This document shows, one piece after another, positions 59,238-64,000 of a stretch of 64,000 nucleotides of DNA (the stretch's first letter is position 1; each line of letters begins with the position of its first letter). Under the pieces are notes generated by a model, which saw nothing but the letters and a program-made list of their open reading frames with translations, was not told the origin of the DNA and ran no database searches. Both the position numbers and the translations under genes were made by a program. This stretch comes from a bacterium (GTDB lineage Bacteria > Zhuqueibacterota > QNDG01 > JAGLOF01). Where the stretch lies: contig JAFGRY010000005.1 in assembly GCA_016934955.1 (NCBI GenBank), positions 27,967 through 91,966 on the forward strand, given 5' to 3'.

Positions 59238-61949
59238 TCACGGTGCGCCCCTCCCTGTGCCGCCGACATGACCCGGCTGTGTCCCGGATCTGTCCGCAGC
59301 CGGGGCGGATTCACTGATTTTCCCGGTCTCTGCCGGCGCGTTTGTATCGCTCTGCACACCGCCCCTGGCCAGCAACGCCTGGAACTTCGGATGATTTCTG
59401 AGAGGGTCATACAGCGGATCAAGCCGCAGGATCTGTGCGGTGATCACTTTAGGAACCTCCGGTGAGAGAAGAAAGTCCAGCTTTTCCAGGGCATCTTCAT
59501 ATCTGCCGACCATCACATACACCTGAGTCAGGGCAATCAGCGGATACATCCCTCGCAATGCGTCAGCAGAAAGCGGAAGAAGGTCTACAGCCCGCTCAGC
59601 TTCCCGTACGGCCTCGTCCGGCTGGCCAAGACCGGCATAGGCAATTCCCAATGCGCTGTAAAGCCGGTCATCGTCCGGATTTTTATTGATTTGTGACAGG
59701 AGGAACGACCGGGCGGAATCGAATGAAGCAACCGATTTCTCTTTGTCATCCAGCAACCGGTAAATCAGCCCCCGGAGTAAAAATACCGGAGTGATGGAAT
59801 ACTGGTACTCATAGGAATTTTCGGCAACCCGGTCCAGACGTTCGAGGGCCGCAGTGTATGTGCGTTCATACATATCCAGCCAGGCCAGATGCGCCCACGG
59901 CTTTATATCGGACTGAATACGATCGAGATCGTTACGGCTTTCTTTTGTATCTCCGGATCGGAGCAAATCGATATCCGCCTTCCGGATGTAGGGCCACACC
60001 GGTTCGGAAGAGAGCGCAATATAGCGATCGAAATACGTCTCGGCTTCAGAAAACCTGCCAAGCCAGGATAACGTTACGCCGATCTCATAAAGTGTGTTCA
60101 GATTTTTCGGATCGAGTTCAAAGCCCTTTTTCTGCTTCTCCAGTGCCTGCGCGAATTTCCCCTGCCTTCTCCAGATATAGGCCACAGCCGTCAGAATTCG
60201 ACTGCTGTTCGGTAACCGCTTTTCAGCAATGGCAAATGATCTCAGTGCTTGCGGGTAATTCCGGAATCCGAAATAATAATAAATACCCAGCACATAGTAG
60301 GCTTCGGGCATATCACTTTGCAGAGCGAATGCCCGGTCCAGGGCCGCCTTTGCCGCGGATAGCCGCTCCTGGGACCGGTCGAATCCAAACCAGTAGTATC
60401 TCAAATGTGCTGTAGAAAGAGAGAGATAGGCAAGTACAAAAGTAGAATCCAGCTCGACTGCGCGTTGACACAACTCGATCCGTTTTTCCATTCCGGAGCG
60501 TTCATAGATTGAAACTGAGAGACACTGCAGATAGGCCTGGTATGCATCCAGATTCTTTGTCGGGATCATGGCCAGGCTCAGTCTCTCTGTTTCATTCAGA
60601 ACGATATCCAGCGATTTCACGACCTGGGTGGCAATATCCGTTTGTATGGCAAAGATATCCTCCATCGTCCGATCCATGTTACCGGCCCAAAGCTGTACAT
60701 CATCCGTCACCTGAATAAGCTTGGGTGTGATCCGGATCCGGCCCAGGTTACCGGATTTCACCCAGCGTATCGTTCCCTCGAGTACATAGTCAACACCCAG
60801 TTCTTTGGCGATGACGGGAAGGGGCTTCGATGACTTTTTATAGTGTTCGGCACTGGTCCGGGAGATGACGCCGAGATTGCGGACCGAGCTCAGGCGCGAC
60901 GTGATTTCTTCAGTGAGTCCATCGGCAAAATACTCATCCTCCGCCGGCCCCAGGTTCTCAAACGGGAGAACGGCGATCATTTTCAATCGGTGCGTCTCTT
61001 CCTTCCCGGGCTGGAACAGGAAATATCCGAGTAAAACCAGTACAATCAGAACCGCGGGGACTCCATATCGCAGAAGCCTCCGTCTGTTTTGTTCGTGTTT
61101 CGCGTCGTGCCGTCCGGGTAATCCCTCCGGGAGAGTGCCGGTCTGGAGAGCGATCAAATCATCGAGGAAATCCGCCATGGTGGCATAGCGGGTATCAGGT
61201 TCCTTTTCCAGTGCCCTGCACACGATCCCCTCAAGAAAAGGAGGAAGATCCGGACGCAGATCAGCCATGACTCCGGGTTCCTCGTTGAGAATCGAGTAGA
61301 TCACCGCCTGCTCGTAATCCCCCTTGAAGGGCCGCTCTCCAGTGAGCATCTCAAAGAGGATGACTCCCAGGGCCCAAATGTCCGTCCTCTGATCGACCGC
61401 GTCTCCCCGTGCCTGCTCAGGCGACATATAGGCGACCGTTCCCAGGGTGGTCCCCTCTTTGGTCAGGAGGCTGCGGTCGGCCAGCTTGGCCAGGCCGAAG
61501 TCGACGATCTTGGCGGTCCCGTCCTCGGTGATGAGGATATTGGCCGGCTTGACATCCCGGTGCACAATGCCCTTGGCGTGAGCTTTGTCCAGCCCCCGGG
61601 CGATCTGAACGGCGATGTCCATGGCATCTTTCACGGGCAGAGGGCCCCTGCTGATTCTATCCTTAAGGGACTCACCCTCGTAGCAGGCCATAGCGATGTA
61701 GAGCTGTCCCTCTTCGCTCTCGTTGATCTCGTGGATGGTGCAGATGTTGGGATGGTCAAGGGCCGAGGTGGCCCTGGCTTCGTGAATAAATCGCTTTTTA
61801 TCCTCGGCGGATTGACTGAGATGGGCGGGCAGGAATTTCAGGGCCACAAAGCGGTCGAGCCTGGTATCCTGCGCCCTGTAGACCGTGCCCATGCCGCCGC
61901 TACCAATCATTTCGAGGATCTTATAATGAGATATTTCTTTCCCTATCAT
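59238..61949 (-). CDS. Ser/Thr protein kinase with TM segment, TolB-N-like domain and long TPR region (paralogue 2)
   Basis: 903 aa. The kinase domain is visibly highly similar to paralogue 1 (HRDVKPANILI, DFGLAK, GTVAYMSPEQ). A TM segment (VPAVLIVLVLLGYFLF) is followed by IAVLPFENLGP..FADGLTEEI and many TPR-like repeats. The tail is low-complexity. Confidence 0.9.
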   Translation of the reverse strand: MIGKEISHYKILEMIGSGGMGTVYRAQDTRLDRFVALKFLPAHLSQSAEDKKRFIHEARATSALDHPNICTIHEINESEEGQLYIAMACYEGESLKDRISRGPLPVKDAMDIAVQIARGLDKAHAKGIVHRDVKPANILITEDGTAKIVDFGLAKLADRSLLTKEGTTLGTVAYMSPEQARGDAVDQRTDIWALGVILFEMLTGERPFKGDYEQAVIYSILNEEPGVMADLRPDLPPFLEGIVCRALEKEPDTRYATMADFLDDLIALQTGTLPEGLPGRHDAKHEQNRRRLLRYGVPAVLIVLVLLGYFLFQPGKEETHRLKMIAVLPFENLGPAEDEYFADGLTEEITSRLSSVRNLGVISRTSAEHYKKSSKPLPVIAKELGVDYVLEGTIRWVKSGNLGRIRITPKLIQVTDDVQLWAGNMDRTMEDIFAIQTDIATQVVKSLDIVLNETERLSLAMIPTKNLDAYQAYLQCLSVSIYERSGMEKRIELCQRAVELDSTFVLAYLSLSTAHLRYYWFGFDRSQERLSAAKAALDRAFALQSDMPEAYYVLGIYYYFGFRNYPQALRSFAIAEKRLPNSSRILTAVAYIWRRQGKFAQALEKQKKGFELDPKNLNTLYEIGVTLSWLGRFSEAETYFDRYIALSSEPVWPYIRKADIDLLRSGDTKESRNDLDRIQSDIKPWAHLAWLDMYERTYTAALERLDRVAENSYEYQYSITPVFLLRGLIYRLLDDKEKSVASFDSARSFLLSQINKNPDDDRLYSALGIAYAGLGQPDEAVREAERAVDLLPLSADALRGMYPLIALTQVYVMVGRYEDALEKLDFLLSPEVPKVITAQILRLDPLYDPLRNHPKFQALLARGGVQSDTNAPAETGKISESAPAADRSGTQPGHVGGTGRGAP

Positions 61950-62113
61950 TGGTGAAGAACCTCAATAGTTCGTAAGGAATATATGGTTTTTCATAGCAAA
62001 AAGTCATTGCGGCCGAGTCCGTTTAAAACACTTTTATTTACCCCCGTAATGATGGCCGAAGTTACCATCCATGTGTCACTTACCGCATTTACAACCGGCA
62101 TCTTGATTTCATG

Positions 62114-64000
62114 TTATTTTACCTTATCCTCCGGAAGGCCGATACGTCTTAAAAGATCATGATATCGCGGATCAGAGCTGAGGGAGTTGAAATGCAACTT
62201 GAGATACGGCATGCTCCGATTGTGTTCACGACAGGCGCGTTCGAGCCACTCGAAGACCCGGTCCTGTTCCCCTGCATGAAGGTACAGGTTGGCAAGATGA
62301 AAACTGGACACGCCTCCCGGTTTCCCATAGCGCCATGCCAGAGTATCTGCGAGCCGCTTTTTCGCACCGGTGAAACCGTTTTCCCTGTAGCCCCGGTTGA
62401 TTGCCTCGAGGAGTTCGGGATCGCCGGCACACCGTTCCCGTTCAGCTTCGAGGTGCTCGTCATATCGGCCGGTGGCAAAGAGTGCAGTAAGAAGGGCGAC
62501 TCTGGCGACCGGTGTATTGGGCTGCATGCTGAGAATATCGCGGGCCACGGCAATGGCCTCGTCATAGCGGCGAACATAATCGAGATCCAGGGCGTAGAAA
62601 CTCAGGATTTTGATGTTGAACGGATCGAGCTCAAGAGCCCTTTTGATCATCTCCATTGCCTCATCCTTGCGGTCCTGATGCATCAGCAATTGAGAATATG
62701 ACGACAGGGCATCCGCGTGGCTCGGATCGAGCTCCAATACCCGCTTCCATGTCCGTTCTGCGGCTTCCCAGTCCCACTCCTCCCAGGTCAGGATTCCGGC
62801 AAGGGCTCGGTGGGCTTCGACTTCCGTGTTGTCCAGCGCCAGTGCCTTGAGGGCCGCCGACCTGGCCTTCGGTGAAGCCTCCTGAGCCGTTGCCCACTGC
62901 ATTTGCTGACGGCCTCCCCAGATCCGGGACAGACAGGCCCAGGCTGCGGCATAGTTCGGATCCTTCTCAAGGGCCAGGTTGATGTATCGCTCAGCGGCAT
63001 CGTAACTTTCCCTGGTTACCTGTTCCCGATAATGGACTGCTTTGAGATAGGCCTCATAGGCCTCAGGATCAACATCAAGGGCCCTGTCCAGTCGCTTCTG
63101 TACATCGGGCAGGAGATGGATTGCCAGAGACCCGGCAACTTTCCGGGCTACCTCATTCTGCAATGCCAGAATGCTCGACATCTCCGATTCATAGGTTTCG
63201 GACCAGAGTTGGGTCTGATCCCGGACTTGTATGAGCTCTGCGGTAATATGAACAGTACTCGCTTCCCTGAAGGAACTGCCCTCCAGGATGTAATTCACTC
63301 CCAGTTCCCTGCCGACCTGATCGATGGGCGTGTCAGATCCTTTATAGCGGATGATAGACATGCGGGCGATAACTCTTAGACGGGCAGGATGGAGACGTCC
63401 GAGCTGACTGATCATCTCCTGTGTCAGACCGTCGTTGAGGTAGTCCTGCCCGGGATCACCGCTCAGATTCACAAAGGGCAGTACTGCAAGTTTGATCATT
63501 GGTGCATGCCATTTGCCGCTGCCTAAAATCCGATTCCTCAATCCGGTTGCGTTTAAACCAAAAAGAATGAGGATCATGATCAGGATGGCGGGTAAAAGTA
63601 TGCTTTTATTCAATCTGAATCTTTTTCGCTTGATCCGACTCCCGGCCAGCAAGGGTTTCAGCCCTTCGGCCACGGCATTCAGATCACCGGTCAGTGCTTC
63701 CATAGTCTGGTAACGGTCGTCCTTCTCTTTGACCAGAGCCTGCTCGATGATTGGTTCCAGTTCAGCAGGCATCCCGGATTCGTGCTTACCCACCGGTTCG
63801 GGAGTTTCATTCAGAATCGAGTAGATCACCGCCTGCTCATAATCGCCTTTGAAGGGCCGTTCTCCGGTCAGCATCTCGTACAGGATGACACCCAGAGCCC
63901 AGATATCCGTCCGCTGATCGACCGCATCTCCTCTGGTCTGTTCCGGCGACATGTAGGCAGCCGTGCCCAGGGTGGTCCCTTCCTTTGTCATCAGGCTCCG
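62114..64000 (-). CDS. Ser/Thr protein kinase with TPR sensor (paralogue 3), N-terminus beyond window end
   Basis: The frame is open to position 64000. The sequence starts inside the kinase activation segment (..TKEGTTLGTAAYMSPEQ). A TM segment (ILLPAILIMILILFGL) is followed by LAVLPFVNLSGD..LNDGLTQEMI and TPR-like repeats. Confidence 0.9.
   Translation of the reverse strand, partial: RSLMTKEGTTLGTAAYMSPEQTRGDAVDQRTDIWALGVILYEMLTGERPFKGDYEQAVIYSILNETPEPVGKHESGMPAELEPIIEQALVKEKDDRYQTMEALTGDLNAVAEGLKPLLAGSRIKRKRFRLNKSILLPAILIMILILFGLNATGLRNRILGSGKWHAPMIKLAVLPFVNLSGDPGQDYLNDGLTQEMISQLGRLHPARLRVIARMSIIRYKGSDTPIDQVGRELGVNYILEGSSFREASTVHITAELIQVRDQTQLWSETYESEMSSILALQNEVARKVAGSLAIHLLPDVQKRLDRALDVDPEAYEAYLKAVHYREQVTRESYDAAERYINLALEKDPNYAAAWACLSRIWGGRQQMQWATAQEASPKARSAALKALALDNTEVEAHRALAGILTWEEWDWEAAERTWKRVLELDPSHADALSSYSQLLMHQDRKDEAMEMIKRALELDPFNIKILSFYALDLDYVRRYDEAIAVARDILSMQPNTPVARVALLTALFATGRYDEHLEAERERCAGDPELLEAINRGYRENGFTGAKKRLADTLAWRYGKPGGVSSFHLANLYLHAGEQDRVFEWLERACREHNRSMPYLKLHFNSLSSDPRYHDLLRRIGLPEDKVK

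Noticed and set aside
1-64000. Apparent GC heterogeneity as a sign of horizontal transfer. Hand counts of single 60-nt lines ranged from ~40-48% in parts of the symporter, receptor and 48-51 kb genes to ~63-68% in the 25-27 kb genes.
   Set aside because: Line-to-line variation within single genes was as large as between blocks (for example 40% and 60% inside the symporter). A few hand counts cannot support a claim. A sliding-window GC and codon-usage calculation is needed.
1-64000. Mobile elements, prophage or defence genes, tRNA/rRNA genes, and toxin-antitoxin pairs.
   Set aside because: No transposase, integrase, Cas, restriction or phage-like protein signatures occur among the ORFs. I noticed no tRNA-like cloverleaf candidates or rRNA-like sequence in the few intergenic regions.

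Overview
The window is 64 kb, almost entirely minus-strand coding, and moderately to strongly GC-rich by eye. I recognised no rRNA, tRNA, CRISPR array, transposase or integrase. All family calls are by-eye motif recognition; no search tools were run.

The window falls into three blocks.

1. 1-1956: two paralogous ABC-2 permeases on the plus strand. The first is cut by the window edge.

2. 2.0-44.9 kb: a very large beta-glucan (laminarin-type) utilisation locus.
- Enzymes: two GH16, GH17, GH30, three GH3, GH5-CBM6 and two further clan GH-A enzymes.
- Outer-membrane and secretion parts: a CarboxypepD_reg-type TonB-dependent receptor with no SusD partner, a PorV/PorQ-like barrel, and five proteins ending in type-A T9SS C-terminal sorting domains.
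- Import and cytoplasmic steps: an SSS symporter, a GPH symporter, an aldo/keto reductase, and a 1161-aa cytoplasmic protein that may be a GH94-clan glycoside phosphorylase.
- Regulation: a solute-binding protein + histidine kinase + sigma-54 enhancer-binding response regulator module.

3. 45-64 kb: a signalling island.
- A CE4 deacetylase.
- An ECF sigma factor surrounded by both an RsbW/STAS/GAF-PP2C partner-switching set and a membrane anti-sigma/PrsW protease set.
- A periplasmic protein made of about 50 tandem 12-residue repeats.
- A metallopeptidase / beta-propeller / Omp85-like barrel fusion.
- Three tandem Ser/Thr kinases with conserved kinase domains and divergent TPR sensors. The last is cut by the window end.

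The T9SS CTDs, the PorV-like gene and the receptor type suggest the FCB superphylum. The lack of SusD suggests a lineage outside classical Bacteroidia. Both points are inference.

Most noteworthy observations:
- The GPH symporter carries a ~290-aa cadherin-like repeat array in a periplasmic loop, arranged half-full-full-half.
- The ECF sigma island has dual regulatory wiring, plus the 12-mer repeat protein and the outer-membrane peptidase fusion.
- The receptor + 1148-aa T9SS cargo + PorV-like triad lacks a SusD.
- A good sigma-54 promoter match lies upstream of the SSS symporter.
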